Below are positions 45,535 through 55,379 of a stretch of 64,000 nucleotides of DNA, one piece after another (positions within the stretch are counted from its first letter, which is position 1; each line of letters starts with the position of its first letter). The stretch spans positions 1,500 to 65,499 of the forward strand of contig JBDLUS010000191.1 in the NCBI GenBank assembly GCA_039805165.1, written 5' to 3'. Under the pieces are notes generated by a model that was not told the origin of the DNA, did no database searches, and worked only from the letters and a program-made list of their open reading frames with translations. A program made the position numbers and the translations under genes. Source of the stretch: Bacteroidota bacterium (GTDB lineage: Bacteria; Bacteroidota; Bacteroidia; Flavobacteriales_D; Sanyastnellaceae).

Positions 45535-47955
45535 ATGGCTAAAAATCTTGTTATAGTAGAGTCCCCTGCAAAGGCGAAAACAATCGAAGGTTATTTGGGA
45601 AGTGACTACATCGTTAAGGCGAGTATAGGGCACGTTCGTGATTTGCCAAAGAATAATTTTGCGGTGAGTGCTGACGGAAATTTCGATGTGACTTACGAAG
45701 TTTACCCAGACTCGGAGAAGGTGGTTAGTGAATTGAAGAAATTAGCGAAAGACGCAATTAAAGATGATAAGTTTGTTTGGTTAGCGACGGATGAGGACCG
45801 CGAGGGAGAAGCAATTTCTTGGCATTTGTTGGAAGCAATGAAGATTGATGAAAGCAAAACAAAGCGTATTGTATTTTCCGAGATTACGAAGAAAGCAATC
45901 TTAGCGGCAATGGAAAAGCCAAGAACCATAGACATGGACTTGGTAAATGCTCAACAGGCAAGAAGAATTTTAGATAGAATAGTGGGTTTTGAACTTTCGC
46001 CAGTTTTGTGGAGAAAGGTTGGACCTTCTTTGAGCGCTGGTCGCGTGCAAAGTGTTGCCGTTAGATTAATTGTGGAAAGAGAGCGTGAGGTAGAAGCTTT
46101 CAATGCATCTGCCTATTTCGGAATCCGTGCCATGTTCGATTTGACTGATGCAGTATTAAAAGCAGATTTAAATGGAAAAATTTCTGACGGAACAGCTGCT
46201 CAAGCATTTTTAGAAGATTGTAAAAATGCAGAGTTTGCGATTTCCTCATTGGAAACGAAGCCAGGAACAAGAACGCCGGCGGCGCCATTTACAACTTCAA
46301 CCCTTCAGCAAGAAGCAGGTAGAAAGTTGGGTATGTCTGTGAAGGCAACCATGACTGTTGCACAGAAATTATATGAGAGCGGAAAGATAACCTATATGAG
46401 AACTGACAGCATGAACTTGTCAGATTTCGCAAGGGATGCAGCGAATAAGGAGATTATTTCTAGTTTCGGTGAAGAGTATGCTTTTCCGAGAGTTTATAAA
46501 TCAAAGAAAGGTGCACAAGAAGCACACGAAGCTATTCGTCCAACCGACATGGCGGTAAAATCCATAGACGGTGACACGAATGAGAAAAGGCTTTACGACT
46601 TAATTTGGAAGAGAACATTGGCAAGTCAGATGGCCGATGCGAAATTGGAAAACACTACTGCACATGTGAACATTTCAACCCGAACCGAAACACTAGTTGC
46701 GAAGGGTCAAGTTGTGAAATTCCACGGTTTCCTGAAGGTGTATGCTGAAGGTACAGACGACGAAGAGTCTGACGAAAGTGGCGTTCTTCCTCCATTGCAT
46801 GAGGGGCAGATTCTCGATTTGAGAAACATGGTGGCGCAAGAAAAATTCACACAGAAACCTGCACGCTATAGCGAGGCAAGTTTGGTGAAGAAAATGGAAG
46901 AGTTAGGTATTGGAAGACCTTCGACCTATGCATCTACAATCAGTACAATTCAGGCTCGAACCTATGTTGTGAAACAAGATTTAGAAGGTAAACCTCGATC
47001 ATACGCAGTCTACACGTTAGCGAATAAAAACATTACGTCAGAGACCAAAACAGAGAATACTGGAGCTGAAAGAGCGAAGTTGTTCCCAACAGATATTGGG
47101 CGAGTGGTAAATGATTTCTTGGTGGAAAATTTCAAGTCGATTCTTGACTATGCCTTTACAGCAAATGTCGAAGAAGAGTTCGATATCATTGCTGAGGGTA
47201 ATTTAGATTGGAAGAAAATGCTTCGTACATTCTACAATCCGTTCCATGAGAACGTAAATAAGACAATGAACGAAGCCGCTCGTGCTTCCGGCGAGCGTTT
47301 TTTAGGCGACGACCCAGCTACAGGAAAACCAATCATTGCGCGTATTGGAAGATTCGGTCCAATGATTCAATTGGGAACTGCTGAGGAAGAAGAGAAGAAA
47401 TTCGCATCGCTTCGTCCAAACCAAAGTATCAACACTATAACCTTGGAAGAAGCATTGGATTTATTCAAAATGCCACGTAACCTGGGTGAATGGAACGGAG
47501 AAAAAATTGTTGTGGGAATTGGTCGTTTCGGTCCGTATGTGAAATATAAATCTACCTACGCTTCACTTCGTGTGAAGGAAGGCGATGATCCATTCACTAT
47601 TGATTTGGAAAGAGCAGTCAAACTCGTTGAAGATAAAATCAATGGCGTGAATGCAAACCTTCTTAAAACGTTCACTGAAGACGAGAATGTTCAAATCATT
47701 AATGGACGCTTCGGGGCATATTTGAAATCAGGAAACTTGAATTTCAAACTTCCAAAAGGCGCCAAGGCTGAAGATATTTCTTGGGCTAACGCGCAGCAGA
47801 TTATGGAGGAACAGATGGAGCAAGCAACGAAAAAGGCTGCTTCCAGAAAGCCTGCGCCGAAAAAAGCACCAGCGAAAAAGGCTCCTGCGAAAAAAGCGGC
47901 AGCTAAGAAAGCACCTGCCAAGAAAGCCGCTGCAAAAAAATCACCGAAGAAGTAA
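45535..47955 (+). CDS. topA: DNA topoisomerase I (Cys-less C-terminal repeats and a Lys/Ala-rich tail)
   Basis: 806 aa. The Toprim region is LVIVESPAKAKTI and the acidic patch is LATDEDREGEAISWH. The active-site region is ITYMRTDS. Three GRFGP(Y/M)-type repeats are present, and the tail reads KKAPAKKAPAKKAAAKKAPAKKAAAKKSPKK. Confidence 0.95.
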   Translation: MAKNLVIVESPAKAKTIEGYLGSDYIVKASIGHVRDLPKNNFAVSADGNFDVTYEVYPDSEKVVSELKKLAKDAIKDDKFVWLATDEDREGEAISWHLLEAMKIDESKTKRIVFSEITKKAILAAMEKPRTIDMDLVNAQQARRILDRIVGFELSPVLWRKVGPSLSAGRVQSVAVRLIVEREREVEAFNASAYFGIRAMFDLTDAVLKADLNGKISDGTAAQAFLEDCKNAEFAISSLETKPGTRTPAAPFTTSTLQQEAGRKLGMSVKATMTVAQKLYESGKITYMRTDSMNLSDFARDAANKEIISSFGEEYAFPRVYKSKKGAQEAHEAIRPTDMAVKSIDGDTNEKRLYDLIWKRTLASQMADAKLENTTAHVNISTRTETLVAKGQVVKFHGFLKVYAEGTDDEESDESGVLPPLHEGQILDLRNMVAQEKFTQKPARYSEASLVKKMEELGIGRPSTYASTISTIQARTYVVKQDLEGKPRSYAVYTLANKNITSETKTENTGAERAKLFPTDIGRVVNDFLVENFKSILDYAFTANVEEEFDIIAEGNLDWKKMLRTFYNPFHENVNKTMNEAARASGERFLGDDPATGKPIIARIGRFGPMIQLGTAEEEEKKFASLRPNQSINTITLEEALDLFKMPRNLGEWNGEKIVVGIGRFGPYVKYKSTYASLRVKEGDDPFTIDLERAVKLVEDKINGVNANLLKTFTEDENVQIINGRFGAYLKSGNLNFKLPKGAKAEDISWANAQQIMEEQMEQATKKAASRKPAPKKAPAKKAPAKKAAAKKAPAKKAAAKKSPKK

Positions 47956-47973
47956 AATGTGAATCATCACATT
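47956..47973 (+). terminator. weak hairpin after topA (possible terminator)
   Basis: AATGTGA (47956-47962) pairs with TCACATT (47967-47973), but no clean T-run follows (CCTTTGTTG). Confidence 0.25.
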
Positions 47974-48037
47974 CCTTTGTTGAAATGATTTTTTAGTGAA
48001 GGGAAAATGATTGACTCATCCATGTAGTTTCGTACTC

Positions 48038-49204
48038 ATGGATTTGTCAGTATTTCTCTCACCGAGTATTTTTCACGATAGCTCGAATCGCTTCTTTGCG
48101 AACAACACCCTAGGTGCTCAAACGCGTTTTTATTTCGATGATGAAAACGATTTGAATGAGAGGCAAATAGCAATTGTTGGTGTCTGTGAAGATCGAAATT
48201 CTGAGGACAATTCGGGGGCGGCCAATGCCCCGGATGATGTTCGAAGAGAGCTCTATAAATTGTTGTCTTGTGACGATTATTCAAAAATTGTTGATTTAGG
48301 AAATATTCTTCCTGGTGAGACGCCTGAGGACACTTATTACGCTTTGTCTGAAGTCTGCACGGCTTGTATGAAATTGAATATTGTGCCAATTGTCATAGGT
48401 GGAACACAAGACCTGACTTACGCCACTTACAAGGCTTATGAGGCCATGGAACAAACAGTAAATTTGGTTACCATCGATTCAAAATTAGATTTTGGATCTA
48501 GTCCAGATGACTCGAGCGCTGATGGGTATTTGAATCGAATAATTCTGCATCGCCCGAATTACTTATTTAATTTTTCTAATCTCGGGCATCAGCGATATTT
48601 AACCGACAAAGCACTTCTTGATTTGACGGCCAAGATGTATTTCGATGCGGTAAGGTTAGGTGAAATTCAGCAGGATATTGCCATTGCAGAGCCAGTAATA
48701 CGCAATGCTGATTTACTCAGTTTTGATTTGAGTTCAATCCGATATTCTGAATTTATATCGACGAAAAAGAGTGGTCCCAACGGTTTTTTCGGACATGAGG
48801 CCGCCCAATTGTGCAAGTATGCTGGAATGAGCGAAAAATTGACATGTATTGGTTTTTATGAATTCAACCCTTCTTTAGATGACAGCGGTCAGTCAGCTAA
48901 GCTTATGGCTCAATTGATTTGGTGTTTCATTGACGGTTACCATGCACGAAGAGGCGATTATCCAGTTGCATCACTTTCAGAATACGAAAAGTTTATTGTG
49001 TTGCTAACCGATTCAGGAGATGAGTTGGTGTTCTATAAAAGTCCTCTTACTAATCGTTGGTGGTTGGAAGTAGCTTATCCGGCCGGGGCAGGCGAGAAGC
49101 AAGAGAGGAATCACGTGGTGCCATGCACATATTCGGATTATATTATGGCTTCACAGCAAGAGATGCCAGATCGATGGTGGAGAACTTTCCAAAAGCTCGT
49201 CTAG
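48038..49204 (+). CDS. arginase/formimidoylglutamase-fold protein with substituted metal-ligand motifs
   Basis: ORF 48011..49204 opens at a TTG. The first ATG, at 48038, gives MDLSVFLSP. The ureohydrolase-like layout is PIVIGGTQDLTYA, LVTIDSKLDF, LLSFDLSSI and GFYEFNPSLDDSGQSAKLMAQL. Confidence 0.65.
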   Translation: MDLSVFLSPSIFHDSSNRFFANNTLGAQTRFYFDDENDLNERQIAIVGVCEDRNSEDNSGAANAPDDVRRELYKLLSCDDYSKIVDLGNILPGETPEDTYYALSEVCTACMKLNIVPIVIGGTQDLTYATYKAYEAMEQTVNLVTIDSKLDFGSSPDDSSADGYLNRIILHRPNYLFNFSNLGHQRYLTDKALLDLTAKMYFDAVRLGEIQQDIAIAEPVIRNADLLSFDLSSIRYSEFISTKKSGPNGFFGHEAAQLCKYAGMSEKLTCIGFYEFNPSLDDSGQSAKLMAQLIWCFIDGYHARRGDYPVASLSEYEKFIVLLTDSGDELVFYKSPLTNRWWLEVAYPAGAGEKQERNHVVPCTYSDYIMASQQEMPDRWWRTFQKLV

Positions 49205-49405
49205 CAATCATTTAGGCTTCCAAGAATAAGCGGCTCTCTTTTTTGCCGCTATCGTGTTGAAAATCATAGGTTCTTAGTGGTTTATCTTTTAGTGAACATT
49301 GAATTTCGGTTGTTTTTTTTGTTTTTTTAAATAGATTTTCTATTTTAGCAAACTCTGTTACATCCCACATTGGGGTTTTTCAGTGTTAAACGAAAGAAAC
49401 AAACG

Positions 49406-50359
49406 ATGAAAAAACTGTATTTTCTTCTCCTAGCGTTTTCTCTTACAAGTGCTGTAAATGCTCAGCAAGATCCGCAATTTTCAATGTGGATGTTTGATAA
49501 GATTTCTTTCAATCCAGCTGCGGCGGGAATTGATAACATGCATCAAATCCAAGCATTTCATCGTGACCAGTGGGATGGTTTTGACCGTGACCCTAAAACA
49601 TATTTATTCAATTACAACGGATACGTTAAGGCTGCCGGAAGAACAGTCGGTCTAGGTTTGTCCGCTATGACTGAAGTTTTAGGTCAGGAGCAAAACAAAT
49701 TTTTAAGACTATCAGGATCCTACCATTTACCAATTGGAAACAATATCCTTTCTGCAGGATTTCAAGTTGGAATGGTTTCAAAGACATTAGGTACGAACTG
49801 GGTTGCAATTGATCCTACAGATCCAAATATTCCAACAACTGGTCTTTCTCAGGGTGGTTTTGACGCGAATGTTGGTGTAATGTTTTATCAAAAAGATAAG
49901 TTTTACGCAGGGATAAGTGCTACGCATTTACCAGCAACGGATTTAGCTAATTTAGGTTTTGCAACTGCACGTCATTTTTACCTCATGGGAGGATACAACT
50001 ATGATTTGAATAATGGTTTGGTTGTTCGTTCAAATTTGCTAGTGAAGTCTGATATGAATGCTTCTCCTGCAATTGACGTAAATGCGAATGTTTTGTGGAA
50101 CAACTTATTGTGGGGAGGTTTGGCATTCCGTCCGGGAGATGCAATTGCTCCAATGGCAGGTATGCAAATGGCTTTGGCTACCCAGCAACAAGGTCGTTAC
50201 ACATACACACACGGAATTAAAATGGGATACTCATATGATGTTACGCTTAGTACAATTAAAGACTATAGTGCGGGATCACACGAGTTCTTTGTAACATATG
50301 AATTTAATCTAGGAAAAACTCCAATTCGCAGAATTTCAGGTGATCCTCGATTGTTGTAA
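49406..50359 (+). CDS. porP: T9SS membrane protein, PorP/SprF family
   Basis: ORF 49370..50359. The start is probably at 49406 (MKKLYFLLLAFSLTSAVNAQ). The mature N-terminus QDPQFSMWMFDKISFNPAAAG matches the PorP/SprF signature. It lies directly upstream of gldK, as porP does in the porPKLMN arrangement. Confidence 0.8.
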   Translation: MKKLYFLLLAFSLTSAVNAQQDPQFSMWMFDKISFNPAAAGIDNMHQIQAFHRDQWDGFDRDPKTYLFNYNGYVKAAGRTVGLGLSAMTEVLGQEQNKFLRLSGSYHLPIGNNILSAGFQVGMVSKTLGTNWVAIDPTDPNIPTTGLSQGGFDANVGVMFYQKDKFYAGISATHLPATDLANLGFATARHFYLMGGYNYDLNNGLVVRSNLLVKSDMNASPAIDVNANVLWNNLLWGGLAFRPGDAIAPMAGMQMALATQQQGRYTYTHGIKMGYSYDVTLSTIKDYSAGSHEFFVTYEFNLGKTPIRRISGDPRLL

Positions 50360-50437
50360 CAATAAAATGAAACCCAACGCAGTTATATATACGTTAGACT
50401 TAACCCAACATAGTTTAACTCATTAATTTAGGAAGTC

Positions 50438-51829
50438 ATGAAAAAATCAATTTTGTTTTTCGCATTAGTGTCTTCGTTGCTTGTAGGATGTTATCCTGGA
50501 CCAGCTGGAGAACTAGTAGGTGTTTACCCTCGCGAGGAATGGGTTCAAGTGAATCCTTACGGAATGAATTACATTCACTTCGGTTCCTTTACTATGGGAA
50601 ATAACGACCGCGATCTAGCAGGAGGTATGACTGTAAAGGCTAAGACCGTTACAGTTTCAGCCTTTTACATGGATCAGCATGAAATCTCAAACAATGAATA
50701 TCGTCAGTTCGTATACTGGGTTCGTGATTCTCTTATGAGAGATCAGTTAGCTCAAAACGAAATTGAAGGTTTTGGAATCTCTGAACGTGAAGATGGTCGC
50801 GAAATGGATCGTTTCATCAACAAAGGTTACAAATTAGATTGGGAGACCGAAATTGATATGGAGAACGATGAGATTTTCGATATCGTTTATGATGAATTCT
50901 ATCTTCAAGGAGCTGATAAATACTATGATCGTAAAGAAATCGATTCTCGCAAGTTGAAATACCGTTACTGGTGGATCGACTTCGAAGGAGCAGCTAAGAA
51001 AAAAGGAAACCGTGACGAAGAAACGGGAGAGAAAAACTCTTTGGATCAATTGCACTCTATTAAAATCAACTCAGACAGAACGAAGTTCGTAATCGAAGAG
51101 CAGATCAACGTTTATCCTGACACTTTGGTTTGGGCGCATGATTTCACTTATTCAAACAACACACACTTAACTGAAACTTATTTCTGGCATCCAGCCTATG
51201 ATGATTATCCTGTTGTAGGAGTTACTTGGGGTCAGTGTCAAGCGTTTTGCGCTTGGAGAACTCAAATCCTTAACGAGTGGAAGCAGCAAAACGGAGAAAC
51301 ATTTGTTCAACGTTTCCGCCTTCCTTCAGAAGCTGAGTGGGAATATGCTTCACGTGGTGGTCTTTCAAATGAAGAGTACCCATGGGGAGGTCCATACACG
51401 CGCAATTACTTAGGTTGTCCATTGGCTAACTTTAAGCCTATGCGTGGTGACTATCCAGACGATAACGGTGTTCATACTGTTCCAATTGGATCTTATTCTC
51501 CAAACGGATGGGGACTATACAACATGGCTGGAAACGTAGCTGAGTGGTGTAACACTGCTTATGATGAAGCTGCATACGAGATCATGCATGATTTAAACCC
51601 TGAATACGATTATCGTGCAAAAGAAGACGATGCTACAACTCAAAAGCGTAAAGTAATTCGTGGTGGATCTTGGAAAGATATTTCTTACTTCATTCAATGC
51701 GGAAGTCGTTCATACGAATTCCAAGATACTGCTAAATCGTACATCGGATTCCGTTGTGTAATGACCTACTTAGGTCGCGGAAAGAGTGGTCCTTCTGAAG
51801 ATTGGAACAGCCCATCAGGAAGCGAATAA
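50438..51829 (+). CDS. gldK: gliding motility / T9SS lipoprotein GldK (PorK)
   Basis: 463 aa with the lipoprotein signal LLVGCYPG. FGE-sulfatase (SUMF1) fold strings are present: FYMDQHEISNNEYRQF, PVVGVTWGQCQAFCAWR, RLPSEAEWEYASRGG, GNVAEW, RGGSW, GFRCV. Confidence 0.9.
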   Translation: MKKSILFFALVSSLLVGCYPGPAGELVGVYPREEWVQVNPYGMNYIHFGSFTMGNNDRDLAGGMTVKAKTVTVSAFYMDQHEISNNEYRQFVYWVRDSLMRDQLAQNEIEGFGISEREDGREMDRFINKGYKLDWETEIDMENDEIFDIVYDEFYLQGADKYYDRKEIDSRKLKYRYWWIDFEGAAKKKGNRDEETGEKNSLDQLHSIKINSDRTKFVIEEQINVYPDTLVWAHDFTYSNNTHLTETYFWHPAYDDYPVVGVTWGQCQAFCAWRTQILNEWKQQNGETFVQRFRLPSEAEWEYASRGGLSNEEYPWGGPYTRNYLGCPLANFKPMRGDYPDDNGVHTVPIGSYSPNGWGLYNMAGNVAEWCNTAYDEAAYEIMHDLNPEYDYRAKEDDATTQKRKVIRGGSWKDISYFIQCGSRSYEFQDTAKSYIGFRCVMTYLGRGKSGPSEDWNSPSGSE

Positions 51830-51877
51830 TTCATAGAAACCAATTAAACCTCATAAATAACTTAAATTTTTAAATCA

Positions 51878-52672
51878 ATGAAACCTGGAAGTAAAGCTTG
51901 GAAGAATTTTATGGCAAAACTGTACGGAATCGGGGCAGCTGTCGTAATTATTGGAGCGATGTTTAAAATTCAGCACTGGCCATTCGCGTCTTTGCTACTT
52001 GTTGTGGGATTGAGTACTGAAGCTGTTATCTTCTTTTTCTCGGCATTTGAACCTTTACATGAAGAACCAGATTGGTCTTTAGTTTATCCTGAATTAGCTA
52101 CTCCAGAAGATGGAGAACACGGTCATGGTTCCTCTAAGAAGCCTGCTGTGAACAAAGGTGTTTCTCAGCAATTGGATGCTCTTTTAAGTGAGGCGAAAAT
52201 TGACGGTGATTTGATTTCAAGTCTTGGTGATGGAATGAGAACTTTCAGCACTAACGCTCGTCAAATGGCAGATTCAACTGATGCTGCTATGGCAAGTTCA
52301 AACTATGCGAGTTCATTGCAAGATGCTTCTGTGAAAGTAGCAAAGCTTGCTTCAACTTATGAGGCTGCTTCAGAGCAATTAACAGGACTTGCTGCTCATT
52401 CAGAGCAAGGAGCTAACGCTGGTGAGCACCTTCAAAAGATGTCGCAAAATCTTGCTGCATTAAACGGTATGTACGAATTGCAATTATCAGAATTAGAGAA
52501 GACACGTGTTATGTTCGGCGATATGGGTGCTTTGGTTAAAAACCTTGCAGACTCTGTTGAAGATACTAAGTTGTACAAAGAAAATATTTCTGAGCTTGCG
52601 CATAACTTGAAATCGTTGAACACGATCTATGCGAACATGTTGAATGCAATGGGCTCTGGCCGTCAAGCATAA
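51878..52672 (+). CDS. gldL: gliding motility / T9SS motor protein GldL (PorL)
   Basis: 264 aa. Two N-terminal TM helices are present (YGIGAAVVIIGAMFKIQHWPFASLLLVVGLSTEAVIFFFSAFEP), including the conserved intramembrane Glu. The cytoplasmic remainder is helical. Confidence 0.9.
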   Translation: MKPGSKAWKNFMAKLYGIGAAVVIIGAMFKIQHWPFASLLLVVGLSTEAVIFFFSAFEPLHEEPDWSLVYPELATPEDGEHGHGSSKKPAVNKGVSQQLDALLSEAKIDGDLISSLGDGMRTFSTNARQMADSTDAAMASSNYASSLQDASVKVAKLASTYEAASEQLTGLAAHSEQGANAGEHLQKMSQNLAALNGMYELQLSELEKTRVMFGDMGALVKNLADSVEDTKLYKENISELAHNLKSLNTIYANMLNAMGSGRQA

Positions 52673-52716
52673 GTTCCAAATTAAAATTGTTGTAATAATA
52701 AACAGGAGGAACTAAA

Positions 52717-54429
52717 ATGGCAGGTGGAAAAGAAACCCCACGGCAGAAGATGATCGGGATGATGTATCTCGTTCTTACCGCACTTCTTGCCATGAATATA
52801 TCGAAGGACGTTTTGAACGCCTTCATTCAAATCAATCGCGGATTGGTTAAAAACAGCGCTAACTCGGAAGAGCGTGCTGACGCAACTCTAGGATTGTTAG
52901 ACAACTGGAGCGACAAAGAAAAGGCTCGTCCTTTCCAAGATAAAGCTCATGAAATGGTTGACAAGGCAGATGCTTTAGTTAAGTACATCATTGAAATGAA
53001 AGCTCACGTTTTGGCTGCTTCTGCAAAGGGGACTCCTGACGGTTCTGGGTTTGAAGAGTTTATTGAAAATGGACATTTGATCGACATCGGTGATGCGAAA
53101 AGAGTATCGAAGCCAGATGAAAATCAGAATACCACCGGTATGTTAATCGGCGATGAGCCTGCTTCTCCTAAGAGCGGCCCTTGGTCAGCTTTGGAATTAC
53201 GTGAAAAATTAACAGCGTTCTCTAACGAGTGTCAAAACCTTGCGGTTACTGACTTGAAAGGAAATGTTCACACATTAGCAGACAGAGCGCCTGAGGCGAA
53301 ATCTTTGATCGCAAACACATTCGCTTTTGAAGATGTGCCTAACCACGAAGAAGGTGAACCGGCTGAGAAGTGGGAAACCGCTCTTTTCTACCACACCCCT
53401 CTAGCAGCGGTAATTGCTCACTTAAGTAAAATTGAGTCAGACGTTATCTTGGTTAAAAACACCGTGTTAAACTTCTTGGCTTCATCAATCAACGCATCTG
53501 ACTTGAAATTCTCAGACGTAACTGTAGCTGTTGTTCCAAAGCAAAGTTACATTTTGAAAGGTGACTCTTTTGTTGCAGAAATTTATTTGGCTGCATACAA
53601 CAAGGCTAGCAAAACAAAAGTTTACATGGGTGGTGAAGTAGGAGATGGTGCAAAACCAGAAGTATTTGATTATTCAGGAAAAGAAGCGATTATGTCTGGT
53701 TCAGACGGAAAGTGTAAGTTCAAGATTAATGAAAGCGCTTTAGGTTCTCACTCTCACAAAGGGGTAATTGTTTATCAAGATGCCGATGGCTCTGATAAAG
53801 CAATTCCATTCATCATTCCTCCATTCACTGTAGGTGAGGCAGCTTTGGTAGTTTCTCCAACAGCAATGATGGTGTTCTATGAGCGTGTAGAGAATCCAGT
53901 TGAAATTTCGGTGCCAGGAGTTGACCCAAGTCAACTTAACGTTAGCATGAGCGGTGGTTCTATCTCACCTAAGGGCGGTGGAAACTACGTTGTTATGCCA
54001 ACAAACGGTTCGAAAGATGCAACCATCAATGTTTCAGCTACTATTAACGGTAAGTCTGTAAGTATGCCTGGTAAGCAATTCAAGATTAAAAAATTACCAG
54101 ATCCAACTCCTTCATTCCAAGGAAAGAATCACATGACTACGACCATTTCTCGTGGAGATGCAACAGCAGCTTCAGCGGTATTTGCAAGTATGGGTGCTGA
54201 CTTCGTATTCCAAGGGATTCCAGTTTCGATCAACGGATTCACAATGACTGTTGCTAGCGCAGGTAAGATTACTCCTGAAATGCGCGCAACTGGTGGTTCA
54301 TTGACATCAGAAATGAAAACAGCGTTGTCTAAGGTGAAAACCGGAGACAAGATTTATGTAGAAAGAATTGAAGCTTCTGTTGCTGGTGAAAGACGTCCTC
54401 TTCCATCAATCAGCTTGAAAGTTCAATAA
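52717..54429 (+). CDS. gldM: gliding motility / T9SS motor protein GldM (PorM)
   Basis: 570 aa. The conserved N-terminus is MAGGKETPRQKMIGMMYLVLTALLAMNISKDVLNAF (single TM helix with Arg). A long periplasmic region follows. Confidence 0.9.
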   Translation: MAGGKETPRQKMIGMMYLVLTALLAMNISKDVLNAFIQINRGLVKNSANSEERADATLGLLDNWSDKEKARPFQDKAHEMVDKADALVKYIIEMKAHVLAASAKGTPDGSGFEEFIENGHLIDIGDAKRVSKPDENQNTTGMLIGDEPASPKSGPWSALELREKLTAFSNECQNLAVTDLKGNVHTLADRAPEAKSLIANTFAFEDVPNHEEGEPAEKWETALFYHTPLAAVIAHLSKIESDVILVKNTVLNFLASSINASDLKFSDVTVAVVPKQSYILKGDSFVAEIYLAAYNKASKTKVYMGGEVGDGAKPEVFDYSGKEAIMSGSDGKCKFKINESALGSHSHKGVIVYQDADGSDKAIPFIIPPFTVGEAALVVSPTAMMVFYERVENPVEISVPGVDPSQLNVSMSGGSISPKGGGNYVVMPTNGSKDATINVSATINGKSVSMPGKQFKIKKLPDPTPSFQGKNHMTTTISRGDATAASAVFASMGADFVFQGIPVSINGFTMTVASAGKITPEMRATGGSLTSEMKTALSKVKTGDKIYVERIEASVAGERRPLPSISLKVQ

Positions 54430-54450
54430 TAACATTTAAAACGTAAGGCT

Positions 54451-55317
54451 ATGAAAAAGCTAATTCCAGTTCTAATTGTTGCAGCATTCATGATTGTTGC
54501 TAACAGTGCATACGCACAACCTCGCAGAAATGTGTTGGATGGAGCTTATGTGCAAGAAAACAATCCGCAGCGCAGAGTTAAGGAATGGCCTTATTTGCGT
54601 GAAGCTGATGTGCTTTGGAAGAAGCGCGTTTGGGAAGAAATCGATCTTCGCCAGAAGATGAACTACCCTTTGCTTTACCCTTTGAAAGATTTAAAGGGTC
54701 GCAAGAGCTTGTGGCAAGTAATCATCAAGGGTGTTGAAGATGGAAATCTAACGGCTTACAGCACAGGTCCTGATGGGGCAGACGATGAGTTTACTTACAA
54801 ATTAGAACCAGAGCAAGTAAAGGCGTTATTGAATATTCCGATTACAGTAAAGAACTACATCAACGCAGATGAGTACGTATTGAAAGATACAATGATTACT
54901 CGTGAAGCGGAAGATATTGTTGGATACCGTTTGAAGGAAGATTGGATTTTCGATAAGCAACGTTCTCAGCGTTATGTGAGAATTATTGGTATTGCTCCAA
55001 TGGTTCTACCAAGAAATGCTGAAGGACAATTGCGTGATCCAGACAACCCAGTAGCTGTTCCATTATTTTGGTTATACTACCGCGAGTGTCGTTATGTGTT
55101 CGCGAATTGGGATAGCTTCAATACTGTGAACGATGCGTTTCGTGGTAGCTACGATGATCTTTTCGAAATGAGAAGATTCTCTGCCCACGTGATTAAAGAG
55201 GAGAATGTTTACGATCGTGAAATTCAACAATACGCTCAAGGACTTGATGCATTGTTAGAGAGTGAACGTGTGAAGAAGGAAATCTTCGAATACGAGCACG
55301 ATTTGTGGAACTATTAA
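54451..55317 (+). CDS. gldN: gliding motility / T9SS ring protein GldN (PorN)
   Basis: 288 aa with a signal peptide. WKKRVWEEIDLRQKMN and LKEDWIFDKQRS are present. It is the fourth gene after gldK-L-M. Confidence 0.85.
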   Translation: MKKLIPVLIVAAFMIVANSAYAQPRRNVLDGAYVQENNPQRRVKEWPYLREADVLWKKRVWEEIDLRQKMNYPLLYPLKDLKGRKSLWQVIIKGVEDGNLTAYSTGPDGADDEFTYKLEPEQVKALLNIPITVKNYINADEYVLKDTMITREAEDIVGYRLKEDWIFDKQRSQRYVRIIGIAPMVLPRNAEGQLRDPDNPVAVPLFWLYYRECRYVFANWDSFNTVNDAFRGSYDDLFEMRRFSAHVIKEENVYDREIQQYAQGLDALLESERVKKEIFEYEHDLWNY

Positions 55318-55336
55318 TTGATATGTTTTGAATCTG

Positions 55337-55371
55337 AACCCCTCGGTTTATCCGAGGGGTTTGTTTTTTTT
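55337..55371 (+). terminator. strong rho-independent terminator closing the porP-gldKLMN operon
   Basis: A 10-bp stem AACCCCTCGG (55337-55346) pairs with CCGAGGGGTT (55352-55361), followed by TGTTTTTTTT. Confidence 0.85.
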
Positions 55372-55379
55372 AGGAAGGA

